Positions 19,986-29,846 of a stretch of 64,000 bases of DNA are shown piece by piece. Source of the stretch: Minisyncoccia bacterium (GTDB lineage Bacteria; Patescibacteriota; Minisyncoccia; Phycocordibacterales; UBA1006). Position 1 is the stretch's first letter, and the number at the start of each line of letters is the position of its first letter. The stretch spans positions 275-64,274 of the forward strand of contig JBGATS010000001.1 in the NCBI GenBank assembly GCA_044229075.1, read 5' to 3'. Below the pieces are notes generated by a model, which was given only the letters and a program-made list of their open reading frames with translations, searched no databases and was not told the DNA's origin. A program made the translations under genes and the position numbers.

Positions 19986-20291
19986 TTAAGCAATATCTTT
20001 TCCACTTTTTCGTGCAACACGAACTTTCTTGTTCCCTTCTACACGAGTACCAACACGAGTTGGTTTTCCTGACGATGGATCAATCAGTGCAACACTTGAA
20101 ATATGGATAGGATAAGCTTTTTCGACCAACGTATGTTTTTCACCACGCATGCGAGCTTTTACCACATGTTTTTTGATGTTTACTCCTGCAACGATTACTT
20201 TTTGTTCGGTGCGAAGTACTTTTTCGATGGCACCTTTGGCACCCTTGTGTGATCCAGACAGGACCATCACGATATCTCCTTTTTTAATCAT
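19986..20291 (-). CDS. rplX: 50S ribosomal protein L24
   Basis: MIKKGDIVMVLSGSHKGAKG KOW motif. Confidence 0.9.
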   Translation of the reverse strand: MIKKGDIVMVLSGSHKGAKGAIEKVLRTEQKVIVAGVNIKKHVVKARMRGEKHTLVEKAYPIHISSVALIDPSSGKPTRVGTRVEGNKKVRVARKSGKDIA

Positions 20292-20305
20292 ACGAGTTTT
20301 TTAAA

Positions 20306-20677
20306 TTAGAGAACCTCTGGAGCAAGGGATACAATTTTTTGATACCCCTGTTCAGCGAGTTCCCGTGGAATAGGACCAAAGATACGACCTCCTTTTGGTT
20401 CTTTTGTTTTCTTGTCGAGGATAACTACTGCGTTATCATCGAATCGAATATAAGAACCGTCTTTTCGACGTAGTGCAGCACACTGGCGAACTACCACTGC
20501 GCGCAATACATCTTTTTTCTTAACTGATTTTCGTGGTTCAGCTGCTTTTACCGAGAGTACCACCACGTCACCTACGAATGCGTAGCGACGGTGTGAACCT
20601 CCGAGGATTTTAAACACGCGTGCCTTTTTTGCACCAGTGTTATCAGCGATGACCACATTTGTTCCAACTTGAATCAT
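20306..20677 (-). CDS. rplN: 50S ribosomal protein L14
   Basis: [21 protein letters not shown]... Confidence 0.92.
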   Translation of the reverse strand: MIQVGTNVVIADNTGAKKARVFKILGGSHRRYAFVGDVVVLSVKAAEPRKSVKKKDVLRAVVVRQCAALRRKDGSYIRFDDNAVVILDKKTKEPKGGRIFGPIPRELAEQGYQKIVSLAPEVL

Positions 20678-20682
20678 ATCGG

Positions 20683-20928
20683 TTAGGCGGCAGTCACCAC
20701 TTCAAAATGTTTATCTTTTGAAAGTGGTCGACATTCGCGAATAGTTACTGCATCTCCGACCTTGTAATTGTTGGTTGCATCATGGGCCTTGTATCGTTTC
20801 GAAATTTTTTGGAATTTCTGATACTTTGGATGTTTTACAAATCGTTGTACTAATACAACAATTGTTTTATCCATCTTGTCAGAAACGACAGTCCCACGAA
20901 GGGTTTTTGGGTTGTTTGTTGTTTGCAT
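20683..20928 (-). CDS. rpsQ: 30S ribosomal protein S17
   Basis: [28 protein letters not shown]... Confidence 0.9.
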   Translation of the reverse strand: MQTTNNPKTLRGTVVSDKMDKTIVVLVQRFVKHPKYQKFQKISKRYKAHDATNNYKVGDAVTIRECRPLSKDKHFEVVTAA

Positions 20929-20937
20929 AATTTAGAT

Positions 20938-20966
20938 ATGAATAAAAATCTGAGATTTTTATTCAT
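20938..20966 (-). promoter_or_regulatory. 12-bp-stem hairpin (atgaataaaaat / atttttattcat) occupying the 45-nt rplP-rpsQ spacer where rpmC (L29) normally sits
   Basis: seen in sequence; no room for an L29 ORF. Confidence 0.3.
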
Positions 20967-20973
20967 GTATTGA

Positions 20974-21396
20974 TTACATGTCGTCTCGACTGATGGTTCG
21001 TGCGGTGATTGGCAATTTACATGCTGCTTTTCGCAACGCCTCTCGGGCAACTGCCTCTGATACGCCATCAACTTCAAAGATGATTCGACCTGGTTCTACC
21101 TCGAAACAATACGCTTTGAGATCTCCTTTTCCTTTACCCATACCTACCTCTGCAGCTTTTGCAGTGATGGGACGATCCGGGAAAATACGAATCCAATAAC
21201 GTCCTGTTTTACCGAGGGTTCGTGAAACTACCTTTCGGGCAGCTTCGATTTGATTAGAAAATACACGTGACCCAGCTAATGATCGCAGACCGAATGATCC
21301 GAATTGAAGCTTGGTTCCTCGTGTTGCCACCTTCTTGGAAAGATCTTTACGATCGGTTTGCCATTTGCGGTGTTTTACTTTTTTTGGAAATAACAT
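20974..21396 (-). CDS. rplP: 50S ribosomal protein L16
   Basis: MLFPKKVKHRKWQ... Confidence 0.92.
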   Translation of the reverse strand: MLFPKKVKHRKWQTDRKDLSKKVATRGTKLQFGSFGLRSLAGSRVFSNQIEAARKVVSRTLGKTGRYWIRIFPDRPITAKAAEVGMGKGKGDLKAYCFEVEPGRIIFEVDGVSEAVAREALRKAACKLPITARTISRDDM

Positions 21397-21423
21397 AGAT
21401 TCACAACAGAAAAATCTGCGAGA

Positions 21424-22095
21424 TTAGTTTTTTGTAGTAGCTTGGTCACGCATGTCTCCTTTATAGATCCATACCTTGATTCCAATACCACCGTAGGTCA
21501 TGCGGGCAGTGTCAGTACCAAAATCAATGTCTCCTCGCATAAACTGCAAAGGAATTCCACCGAGTTTGATTTCTTCACGCCGTGCCATATCAGCACCACC
21601 TAATCGACCTGATAATACGATTTTTGCACCTTTTACGCCGCGAGCTGCCATGATTTTTTCAATGGTTTGCTTCATAACACGACGAAATACGATTCGTTTT
21701 TCGAGTTGCTCTGCAATCATGTAAGCAACGATTTTTGCATCTGCGTCTGGGTTGCGTACCTCAACAATATCAATGGCAATTTGTTCGTTCAAGGCAATCC
21801 CTGATCGTTTTGCAAATTTGATGATGTCTTTTTTCAAGGTATCAACACCTTCACCTGATCGCCCGATCACCATTCCTGGACGAGCTGTAGTAATAACAAT
21901 TTTTGCTGTTTTTGAATTTCGTTCAAATTCAATACTTGAAATATATGCGGTGCGTAATTTTTTCTCGAGATATTCTCGGATCATGACGTCAGCACGCAAT
22001 GTTTCGCGATATTCTTTTCCAGAACGAAACCATCGAGATTTCCATCCACGGATGAGTGGTAATCGATGTGCATACGGGTGTACAATTTTTGACAT
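21424..22095 (-). CDS. rpsC: 30S ribosomal protein S3
   Basis: KH domain + S3 C-terminal domain. Confidence 0.92.
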   Translation of the reverse strand: MSKIVHPYAHRLPLIRGWKSRWFRSGKEYRETLRADVMIREYLEKKLRTAYISSIEFERNSKTAKIVITTARPGMVIGRSGEGVDTLKKDIIKFAKRSGIALNEQIAIDIVEVRNPDADAKIVAYMIAEQLEKRIVFRRVMKQTIEKIMAARGVKGAKIVLSGRLGGADMARREEIKLGGIPLQFMRGDIDFGTDTARMTYGGIGIKVWIYKGDMRDQATTKN

Positions 22096-22100
22096 AGAAT

Positions 22101-22463
22101 TTATGCGAGTTTCTTGTAACGAGCTTTGTGGTTTGGTTTTCCAGCCACAAGAACAATAGTTACAATACTGGTTCGTTTATTGATACGGTGTGCTCGACCA
22201 CGTGACACAGGGCGAATTCGTTTCAAGGTTGGACCCTTGGTAACAGAAACTTCTGATACAAAGAGTTTATCAGCTGATACCTTGAAATTATGCTGTGCAT
22301 TAGCAACTGCGCTGGCTAATAATTTATGAAACATACCTGTTGCACGTTTTGTGGTAAAGGTAAGCGCGTTTTCTGCATCAGCGACAGATTTTCCTCGGAT
22401 AAGATCAGCAATGAGCCGAACTTTTCGAGGACTCTGTCGATAGTTTTTTAGATAGGCTTTCAT
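22101..22463 (-). CDS. rplV: 50S ribosomal protein L22
   Basis: MKAYLKNYRQSPRKVRLIADLIRGKSV... Confidence 0.9.
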   Translation of the reverse strand: MKAYLKNYRQSPRKVRLIADLIRGKSVADAENALTFTTKRATGMFHKLLASAVANAQHNFKVSADKLFVSEVSVTKGPTLKRIRPVSRGRAHRINKRTSIVTIVLVAGKPNHKARYKKLA

Positions 22464-22465
22464 AC

Positions 22466-22822
22466 TTATTTTTTCTTGGCACCTGTTTTTGAGGCAGATG
22501 AAGCACTAGCAGCTTTAGCGGCTGCGATTTCAGCCTGCTTTTTCTTCTGATCAAGTTCTTTTTGCATTTTACCTCCGTGACGGTGGAAGGTTTTGGTAGG
22601 AGAAAATTCTCCTAATCGGTGACCAACCATATCCTCGGAAACGAGTACTTCGATGTGTTTTTTACCATTGTGAACACCGAAGGTAAATCCGATCATTTCC
22701 GGAGCAATCATAGACGCACGCGCCCATGTTTTAATAACCCCTGTTTCCAGAGGTTTTTTACCTTCGATTTTTTTCATCAATTTTACATCGACATACGGAC
22801 CTTTATATACAGATCGTGACAT
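22466..22822 (-). CDS. rpsS: 30S ribosomal protein S19 with ~30-aa Lys/Ala-rich C-terminal extension
   Basis: [12 protein letters not shown]... core plus [26 protein letters not shown] tail. Confidence 0.9.
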   Translation of the reverse strand: MSRSVYKGPYVDVKLMKKIEGKKPLETGVIKTWARASMIAPEMIGFTFGVHNGKKHIEVLVSEDMVGHRLGEFSPTKTFHRHGGKMQKELDQKKKQAEIAAAKAASASSASKTGAKKK

Positions 22823-23173
22823 ATGAATGTGATTTGTGAATTAAATACTCCACCTGATTAACTACTAATCAGACGAAGGTAGCCTTGAAATAAAAAAATT
22901 CTGTAAAATGTTTATTTTCGTTCTCGAGTACGAACCCGCAGTTCACGAAGTGAACGTGAGGGACGCTTGCGGTTACGCAGAGAAAGAAAATAAATATTTG
23001 GAAGAATCTATTGTTTTCCAACTCCTTTGAAATGATCAAAGGGCGTGAAGATGATACTAATACAGCGTGAGAGTGCCATATCTGTATCATTTCTTCGGGC
23101 CGATAATAATAATATTATCTGCCTCAAGGGGATTGAGGAGACCCTGAATATACTACTTATATAAGGGTTTTTG

Positions 23174-23779
23174 TCAAGAAATAGCCCCTACACTCCTCAT
23201 CATCTGTGTCTCATCAAGAATTTTCTTGATCAAAGAAATTACTGATTTTTTATTATGCGCTACATATTCAAAGGTTTTACTCGAACTCTGTAATACCTCG
23301 TCTGTCCAATCAGAATTCCAATAACCCAAAATCCCCAATATACGCAACTGTACTACCAGTGTCATTATTTCCACATCACTATCAGAATCTACTGAGAGAA
23401 CATATTGAAAATAGGTACAAAAAGTAGAAAAAACATCAGGAAGAGGTATTCCGCTGGGAACCAAACGCTGCACTAATCCATATGATTGCTGTATACATCT
23501 CGTTCGAAATGGGGAAATTTTGATCAATGCCTGGTACACCGACTGCCACTGACCCACGCCGGTACATCGATAGTATTGTTTTCCAGCAACACAATCAATA
23601 ATACACCATGCATATCGGAATATATGATTGCGATGCTTGTTGACTATTTTCTTTACTCCTTGGATATGTACATATACCCTCCCCAGATCTCTGGTGAAAC
23701 ATTCTGCAATCACCGATTCCTCGCCATCAGGGAAGAGGTTCATAATAATTGCATCTGTAGTAATAATAGCGTATGCCAT
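23174..23779 (-). CDS. recO: DNA repair protein RecO-like
   Basis: N-terminal OB-fold pattern (AIITTDAIIMNLFPDGEESVIAECFTRDLGRVYV...) and LRILGILGYW resemble RecO; moderate. Confidence 0.5.
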   Translation of the reverse strand: MAYAIITTDAIIMNLFPDGEESVIAECFTRDLGRVYVHIQGVKKIVNKHRNHIFRYAWCIIDCVAGKQYYRCTGVGQWQSVYQALIKISPFRTRCIQQSYGLVQRLVPSGIPLPDVFSTFCTYFQYVLSVDSDSDVEIMTLVVQLRILGILGYWNSDWTDEVLQSSSKTFEYVAHNKKSVISLIKKILDETQMMRSVGAIS

Positions 23780-23810
23780 AATTCCCCAAGTCTACCATGT
23801 TCCCTGGTAC

Positions 23811-23838
23811 AAAAAAAGCACATGGGTGCTTATTTTTT
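23811..23838. terminator. bidirectional hairpin terminator (aagcacatgggtgctt flanked by A- and T-runs)
   Basis: seen in sequence. Confidence 0.55.
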
Positions 23839-23943
23839 GGTGGTCTTTTTTGGTTTTTTCACCTCTTTTTTTTGGCTATTATTTCCCTTTGCCATACATG
23901 ATTATATGAATTAGACTTGTAATATATGTAGTATAACATGTTT

Positions 23944-25197
23944 TTACAAGATGCAAGCACTCTTCCCTGCCACATATCCTGTCGTCCAACATAACTGTAA
24001 TCCGTATCCACCAGATGGACGATTAATATTCAAGAGATCGCCTGTAATATACAGATTATTAATCTTTTTTGATCGCATGGTCTTTGTATCAACCTCGGAC
24101 AAATGTATCCCACCGTCGGCAACCACTGCGCGATCAAATCCCATCAGTCCTGTAATCGTCACAGAAAGTGCTTTCAGCAACCGAACAATCTGTTTTCGTT
24201 CATCCTTTGTAACGCTGTGGACTTTTTTTGTAAAATCAATTTCGGGAAATAATAGTTCAAGTACAGACCCAGTTCCTGTTGGAACAAGTTCCTTGAACAC
24301 AGTTCGCAGGTTTTTATTTTTATTCGCATCAAATAATTCAATAACATCTTTCTCAAATATTCCAATGTCTTTACTTGGAAATAAATCAATGATCGCGGTA
24401 ACTGACCCAGAATAAAACAGATCGGAAACTTTACTTGCACTGTTCAAAATCGTCGGACCTGAGAGTCCAAAATGTGTGAACATGATTCTTCCTGTTTTTG
24501 AAAACTGTTTTTTACCGTCGAGTAAAAAGGTAATCCTTGCATCTGTGATCGTGATACCTGCCAATTTGTGAACCCATTCATCAGACACAGCAAGTGGCAC
24601 AATCGACGGTGTTGGGTCCTTTACGGTGTGACCGAGTTCTTTCAAGAATAAAAATCCATCACCGGTTGATCCTGTTTCCGGATGTGATAATCCACCTGTT
24701 GCGAGAATATAAGATGTTCCAGTAATAATTCCCTTTGTTGTTTCAACGCCAGTGATTAATTTTCCATCACGAAGTAATTTCTTCACGCTTGTTTGAGTTT
24801 TCACTTCCACGCCCAACTTTTCGATTTCATCTTTTAATAAGTTCGTCACGTCAGTTGCCTTTTCAGTTTTTGGAAATGTGCGCTTCAATGCCTGCACAAC
24901 CAACGGCATTCCGCGCGATTCAAAAAAATCAAACGTATCCTGTACGGAAAACTGGGAAAACGGCGAATGCAAAAATGGCACTGCATCACCATACACAGTC
25001 AATAATTTTTTCGTATCAAATTCTGCGTTCGTGATATTACACCGTCCGCCACCAGTAATATCCAACTTTTTCCCAAGTGATTTATTTTTCTCGAGTATTA
25101 CCACGCTTTTCCCAAGTTCTGCAGCAGAAATAGCAGCCATCATCCCTGATGCGCCGCCTCCGATTATTACTATGTCGAATTGTTTTGGTTGGTTCAT
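23944..25197 (-). CDS. HI0933/BaiN-family FAD-dependent flavoprotein (aminoacetone oxidase family)
   Basis: N-terminal Rossmann FDIVIIGGGASGMMAAISAA and GGGRCNITN motif typical of HI0933-like family. Confidence 0.8.
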   Translation of the reverse strand: MNQPKQFDIVIIGGGASGMMAAISAAELGKSVVILEKNKSLGKKLDITGGGRCNITNAEFDTKKLLTVYGDAVPFLHSPFSQFSVQDTFDFFESRGMPLVVQALKRTFPKTEKATDVTNLLKDEIEKLGVEVKTQTSVKKLLRDGKLITGVETTKGIITGTSYILATGGLSHPETGSTGDGFLFLKELGHTVKDPTPSIVPLAVSDEWVHKLAGITITDARITFLLDGKKQFSKTGRIMFTHFGLSGPTILNSASKVSDLFYSGSVTAIIDLFPSKDIGIFEKDVIELFDANKNKNLRTVFKELVPTGTGSVLELLFPEIDFTKKVHSVTKDERKQIVRLLKALSVTITGLMGFDRAVVADGGIHLSEVDTKTMRSKKINNLYITGDLLNINRPSGGYGLQLCWTTGYVAGKSACIL

Positions 25198-25235
25198 AAG
25201 TAGAGAATAGCATATTAGTTATATTTTGTGTTCAA

Positions 25236-25262
25236 AATAAAAAACCGCTCACGCGGTTTTAC
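25236..25262 (-). terminator. rho-independent terminator (aaaaccgctcacgcggtttt)
   Basis: hairpin overlapping ABC-F stop with T-run on minus strand. Confidence 0.6.
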
Positions 25263-26761
25263 TTATCCAAATCCAGTGTCTCATCAATGCGAATCTGCTC
25301 CACAAATTCAGGGACGTGGGAAACCAAAATCATCGCGCCCTGATAGTTCGACAAGGCTTTTGCAATAATCGGTAGGTGGCGGAAATTGATGTGGTTCGTT
25401 GGTTCATCCAGAATCAGAAGTCCTGGGCGCTGCAATACCAATCGCGCAAACGCAACTAATCCTTTCTGCCCTTCCGATAATGCACCGATGCGTGTGCGAA
25501 CAATTTCGCCTGTGATCAAAAAACCTGATGCAACAGATCGCATGAATTCTTCATCAAGCTTTGCGCCAGTTGATGTCAGCGCCTCGGCAAGTGATTCATA
25601 AACAGTATGATCAAAGTTTAGTGTCGAGAAATCCTGTCGGTAATATCCAACACGAACACCATCATGAATCTGCACACCTTCCGTTTCACCTTTTGCAAGT
25701 GTTTCCAGTAATGTTGATTTTCCAATTCCGTTGGGACCTTTCAACTGTAAATGATTGTTTCGCTTCAGCACAATGCTTGCCTTTTTATTTACGATCTTAT
25801 GATTTTTCATGATCGTAAAATTATTGATCGTAATCACCGGGCCAATCAAGTCGTCTTGTACTGGAATCTCGAATTTACGGATTGTTTTATCTTCGCGACG
25901 TACATCAACAATTTCTTCTTCGAGTTCTTCTGCTTTTTCACGCATCTGTTTTGCAACAAGTCGCATCTGTCCACCCTTGAATGCAAACTTATTGGCCTTT
26001 TCTTTTTTGGCAAGAATCTCTTTTTGCAACAATGCATTTTTACGGTTTTCTGCTTCTACTCGTGCAGTGATTTGTTTTACTACGTCAAAATAATTTCCAA
26101 CATAGTTCTCAATCTTTTTAGAAAATACATCCAGATACAATACGCCATCCGTAAACGAATTCAAAAATTCCGCATCATGGGAAATAACCATAACTGTGTT
26201 GGGATAAGACTTAATAAAGTCTTTCAAGTGTTCGATTCCTGCATGATCCAAATTATTTGTTGGCTCGTCGAGTAGTAGAAGGTCTGGATCTTGAATCAAT
26301 GCTGAAGCAAGCAATAATCGCGCCTGCTGTCCACCTGAAAAAGATTTCATCAATCGGTCGTGAACTTTTTCGTGACCAATCAAGTGAACCACTTCCAATA
26401 CGTCATCAATCTTTGGATCGATATCATACACTGGTTTATCAAAACATTTTTGAAAAAACTCTCGAACGGTCAGATCAAGCTGATCGCGAGGAATCACCTG
26501 ACGACTAATAGCAACACGAACACCACGAACAATGTTAATCTTTCCATCCTCTGGTTGCAGCGTTCCCGTAAGTAATCCAAATAACGTAGATTTTCCAGCT
26601 CCATTTTGTCCCATGAGTGTAATTTTCAGTCCACGACGAATCGCAAAACTCACCTCTTTGAGGATTGGTTTGTTTGCGCCATATTCAAATGACACATCTT
26701 CAAATCGTGCGATAATTTCATCTTTTGCCATAATGTGCTGACTGTACCTTATTTTCGACAA
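25259..26761 (-). CDS. ABC-F family ATPase (two ABC domains; translation-factor/ribosome-protection type)
   Basis: two Walker A motifs (GQNGAGKST, GPNGIGKST), two LSGG signatures, charged linker between domains, no TM domain. Confidence 0.85.
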   Translation of the reverse strand: MSKIRYSQHIMAKDEIIARFEDVSFEYGANKPILKEVSFAIRRGLKITLMGQNGAGKSTLFGLLTGTLQPEDGKINIVRGVRVAISRQVIPRDQLDLTVREFFQKCFDKPVYDIDPKIDDVLEVVHLIGHEKVHDRLMKSFSGGQQARLLLASALIQDPDLLLLDEPTNNLDHAGIEHLKDFIKSYPNTVMVISHDAEFLNSFTDGVLYLDVFSKKIENYVGNYFDVVKQITARVEAENRKNALLQKEILAKKEKANKFAFKGGQMRLVAKQMREKAEELEEEIVDVRREDKTIRKFEIPVQDDLIGPVITINNFTIMKNHKIVNKKASIVLKRNNHLQLKGPNGIGKSTLLETLAKGETEGVQIHDGVRVGYYRQDFSTLNFDHTVYESLAEALTSTGAKLDEEFMRSVASGFLITGEIVRTRIGALSEGQKGLVAFARLVLQRPGLLILDEPTNHINFRHLPIIAKALSNYQGAMILVSHVPEFVEQIRIDETLDLDK

Positions 26762-26780
26762 ATTGGAAAGAAAACAAAAA

Positions 26781-26847
26781 GTTTTTTATCAAGGATTTTG
26801 AGAATGTGGTGTGGGGTTTTAAAAGTAAAAAATAGAAACAAAAAAGG
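26781..26847 (+). repeat. copy 1 of ~67-bp repeat (ttttttatcaaggattttga..atgt.gtgtgg..ttttaaaagtaaaaaatagaaacaaaaaa), immediately followed by hairpin terminator
   Basis: ~88% identical to 30104-30170; same orientation. Confidence 0.6.
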
Positions 26848-26868
26848 CGGCATATGCCGCCTGTTTAT
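26840..26868. terminator. bidirectional terminator (ggcggcatatgccgcc)
   Basis: perfect 7-bp GC stem flanked by A-run and T-run. Confidence 0.65.
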
Positions 26869-27525
26869 TTAAAACTCTTTTATTGTTTTAAAATACAAAC
26901 CCAAGAAATAAAAAGTTTTTTGTATTATCTTTTTTTTCCCTGGGTACTCCTTGCCTTTAGTATATCTGCCGTAACGATTCTCATAACCAGAAGCTTCATA
27001 ATAAATTACTTTAATACTATGTATAAAATCTTCTAACCTGTCAGTGATTACATATTCAATCTTATAGTAAAATGGATCAACGTTACTAAATTTTACAGAC
27101 ATACGATTTTTATCTGCGTACATTATCCCTGCATGATCGAGGTTATCATTGCCGAAAATATCTTTATCACCCATATAATCAAGATACCCGAAGTAATCAA
27201 TCAATTTTCTAAAATCTGAATAATTTTTTTGGTTATTCTTTTTGATATCGTCGTCTTCGATAATAATTTCTTCTTTGTTCCAAAAAATTATAGACTTGGA
27301 AAGTTTATCACTTTCCTTTTTCTTTTCTCGATCTCGATCTTTTTTGTCTTGTTTTTTTGTTTTTTTGTCTTGTTCTTCTTTTTGTTTAATAATTTTTTCT
27401 TCAAAGGTTTTCTTTTCAAAAATAATTTCTTCGGTTGGTTCATTTTTGATTACCGCTATCATTAGTTTTTTATTAAAAAATAATCTTTTTTCTTTAATTT
27501 CAGATTCAGTTAAATAATTTCCCAT
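26869..27525 (-). CDS. hypothetical K/E/D-rich low-complexity protein
   Basis: 218-aa ORF, no recognisable domain. Confidence 0.4.
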   Translation of the reverse strand: MGNYLTESEIKEKRLFFNKKLMIAVIKNEPTEEIIFEKKTFEEKIIKQKEEQDKKTKKQDKKDRDREKKKESDKLSKSIIFWNKEEIIIEDDDIKKNNQKNYSDFRKLIDYFGYLDYMGDKDIFGNDNLDHAGIMYADKNRMSVKFSNVDPFYYKIEYVITDRLEDFIHSIKVIYYEASGYENRYGRYTKGKEYPGKKKIIQKTFYFLGLYFKTIKEF

Positions 27526-27586
27526 TTTTTTAAATTTTAATGTTTGGTCCTCATTATAAACAAAAACAACCCCTTGTCAAGGTGAT

Positions 27587-28393
27587 CTAATTTAATAAAT
27601 TCGTAAACAAACTCACCACTGTCACCGGTCCAACACCGCCTGGAACAGGTGTTATAAACGAAGATTTTTCAGCACAACTTGGATCTATATCACCTGCTAG
27701 TTTTCCACTACTCTCGCTCGTTCCTGCATCAATTAATATCACACCGTCTTTTACCATGTCCGGTTTGATCATGTGTGGAACTCCAACACCTGAAATAATA
27801 ATGTCTGCATTTAATAATTTTTCAGATCGTTCGATTGAACTTGTATCTTTATCAATGATCGAAAATGAAATATTTTCACGTGACAACAACATTCCGACAG
27901 GTTCGCCTACCAATTTTCCATTTCCAACAATCAAAATATTTTTATCTGTAATTGAAATATTTATCGATTTCAAAATTTCATACACTGCACCAGCAACAGG
28001 TGGAATCATATTTGATGTTTTGTTTTGATATGATTGCTTTGCCTGATCTGAGAGAACATCAATATCTTTTTCAACGGGAACACTGTTGATTATTTTTTCT
28101 GTATTCATGCCACCTGGTAATGGTAATTGAACAACTATTCCATCAAAATTTTGTTCGGCGATTTCTTGAATATTTTTTAAAGCATTATCAGTAGAAATTT
28201 CATTTGCATAATGAAATAATTTTGTCTCTATTCCAATCCGTTCCGCAACTCGTGATTTGATACTAATGAATTGCAGACTTGCCGGATCATTTCCAAACAA
28301 TACAAAAGCAACCGATTTTCTCGGTTCCATTTCTAATTTTTGTTTCAAATCTTGTTCGAGATGTTTTGCAAGTTGTGTTCCGTTGACAATCAT
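27587..28393 (-). CDS. folD: bifunctional methylenetetrahydrofolate dehydrogenase/cyclohydrolase FolD
   Basis: LIVGNGKLVGEPVGMLL, GGVGPVTVVSL motifs. Confidence 0.9.
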   Translation of the reverse strand: MIVNGTQLAKHLEQDLKQKLEMEPRKSVAFVLFGNDPASLQFISIKSRVAERIGIETKLFHYANEISTDNALKNIQEIAEQNFDGIVVQLPLPGGMNTEKIINSVPVEKDIDVLSDQAKQSYQNKTSNMIPPVAGAVYEILKSINISITDKNILIVGNGKLVGEPVGMLLSRENISFSIIDKDTSSIERSEKLLNADIIISGVGVPHMIKPDMVKDGVILIDAGTSESSGKLAGDIDPSCAEKSSFITPVPGGVGPVTVVSLFTNLLN

Positions 28394-28603
28394 AGACTGG
28401 TTTGTATTGTTCCCTCTCCTGATTCAGGAGAGGGTTAGGGTGAGGTCGTTGTATTCCTGCTGTCATCCTGGCGGATGCCAGGATCTTGAGATACCGGATC
28501 ACCACGTAGGCGATTGAGACAATCGAGTCCGGGATGACAATAAATACAAACGACCTCATCCGGCGTTCCGCCACCTTCTCCTAATTTAGGAGAAGGAAAT
28601 GCA
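28394..28603 (-). promoter_or_regulatory. GC-rich structured intergenic leader between glyA and folD (three perfect hairpins plus 9-bp long-range pairing gaggtcgtt/aacgacctc); riboswitch/attenuator candidate
   Basis: hairpins ccctctcctg-attc-caggagaggg, tcctggc-ggat-gccagga, ccttctcct-aattt-aggagaagg seen directly. Confidence 0.35.
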
Positions 28604-29785
28604 CTACCCCATTTCGCTTCTTAAAATCATATCAATATCTCGCGCAATTTTTATCATATCTTTTTCCTTTTTCCCGCGAGTCGTTTCTGCAGCGGTTCCA
28701 ATGCGGATTCCAGACGGATCGACAGGACTACGCTCGTCAAACGGAATCGTGTTTTTGTTTACGATGATATTATTTTTCTCGAGTATGTCGCTCGCGGTTT
28801 TACCTGAAATTCCCTTTCCATTCATCCATGTATCAACCAAAATCAAATGTGAATCCGTTCCACCTGATACCAATCGCCAACCTAGTTTCTGAAGTTCACT
28901 TGAAAGTGCCAGTGCATTTTTCACAACCTGTTGTGCGTATTTTTTAAATGCAGGCTGTGCAGCTTCATAAAGCGCAACCGCAACAGCTGCAATCTGATTC
29001 ATGTGTGGACCACCCTGGAGTCCTGGAAAGACTGCACGATCAATTTTTTCATGTATTTTGCGGTCATCGATTCTTGAAAAGATAAGCGCGCTGCGTGGGC
29101 CGCGCAATGTCTTGTGAACGGTTGTCATCACGGTGTCAGCATAATCAAACGGACTTGGATATACACCACCTGCAACCAGTCCTGCAACATGCGACATGTC
29201 GATATGCAAATGCGCATTAACTTTATCTGCAATTTTCCGAAACTGTTTCCAGTCAACAATACGTGGATATGCCGTAAAACCTGCAACGATCAAATCTGGT
29301 TTTTCTTGCAATGCAATATCTTGTAAATTCTTGTAATTCAAGACTTCTGTTTTTTTGTCCACTCCATAGGGAATTTGCTTCCACCATTTTCCGGTGACCG
29401 ATGCCTTGAATCCGTGTGTCAAATGTCCACCGTGATCCAAACTCATTCCCATAATTTTTGAACCGTATGGAAGTAGTGCAGTGTAGACAGCAAGGTTTGC
29501 TGGTGAACCAGAAAGTCCCTGAATATTCACTGCCCATTTTTTCGGATCAAGATTAAAAAGTTTTAACGCGCGTTCCTTTGTCAAATTCTCGAGTTCATCA
29601 ACAAATTCATTTCCACCGTAATAACGATGTGCAGGATAGCCTTCGGCATATTTATTGGTCAGCTCCGACCCAAGCGCTTTTAATACATCATCTGATACAT
29701 AGTTTTCAGATGCTACCAAATTAATCACCTTTTTCTGGCGTTTTTTCTCATTAATAAGAATTTTCTCGACTTTTTTATCTTTCAT
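28604..29785 (-). CDS. glyA: serine hydroxymethyltransferase
   Basis: full-length SHMT with PLP-lysine context (TTVHKTLRGPRS). Confidence 0.95.
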   Translation of the reverse strand: MKDKKVEKILINEKKRQKKVINLVASENYVSDDVLKALGSELTNKYAEGYPAHRYYGGNEFVDELENLTKERALKLFNLDPKKWAVNIQGLSGSPANLAVYTALLPYGSKIMGMSLDHGGHLTHGFKASVTGKWWKQIPYGVDKKTEVLNYKNLQDIALQEKPDLIVAGFTAYPRIVDWKQFRKIADKVNAHLHIDMSHVAGLVAGGVYPSPFDYADTVMTTVHKTLRGPRSALIFSRIDDRKIHEKIDRAVFPGLQGGPHMNQIAAVAVALYEAAQPAFKKYAQQVVKNALALSSELQKLGWRLVSGGTDSHLILVDTWMNGKGISGKTASDILEKNNIIVNKNTIPFDERSPVDPSGIRIGTAAETTRGKKEKDMIKIARDIDMILRSEMG

Positions 29786-29846
29786 ACACGGAGCATAGCA
29801 GAAAATTATATTTTTAGAAAATAGTTATTTTGAGTATACTTACACT

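Noticed and set aside
21500-22159. ORFs antisense to rpsC/rplV (74 and 135 aa)
   Set aside because: They overlap highly conserved ribosomal protein genes and are shadow ORFs.
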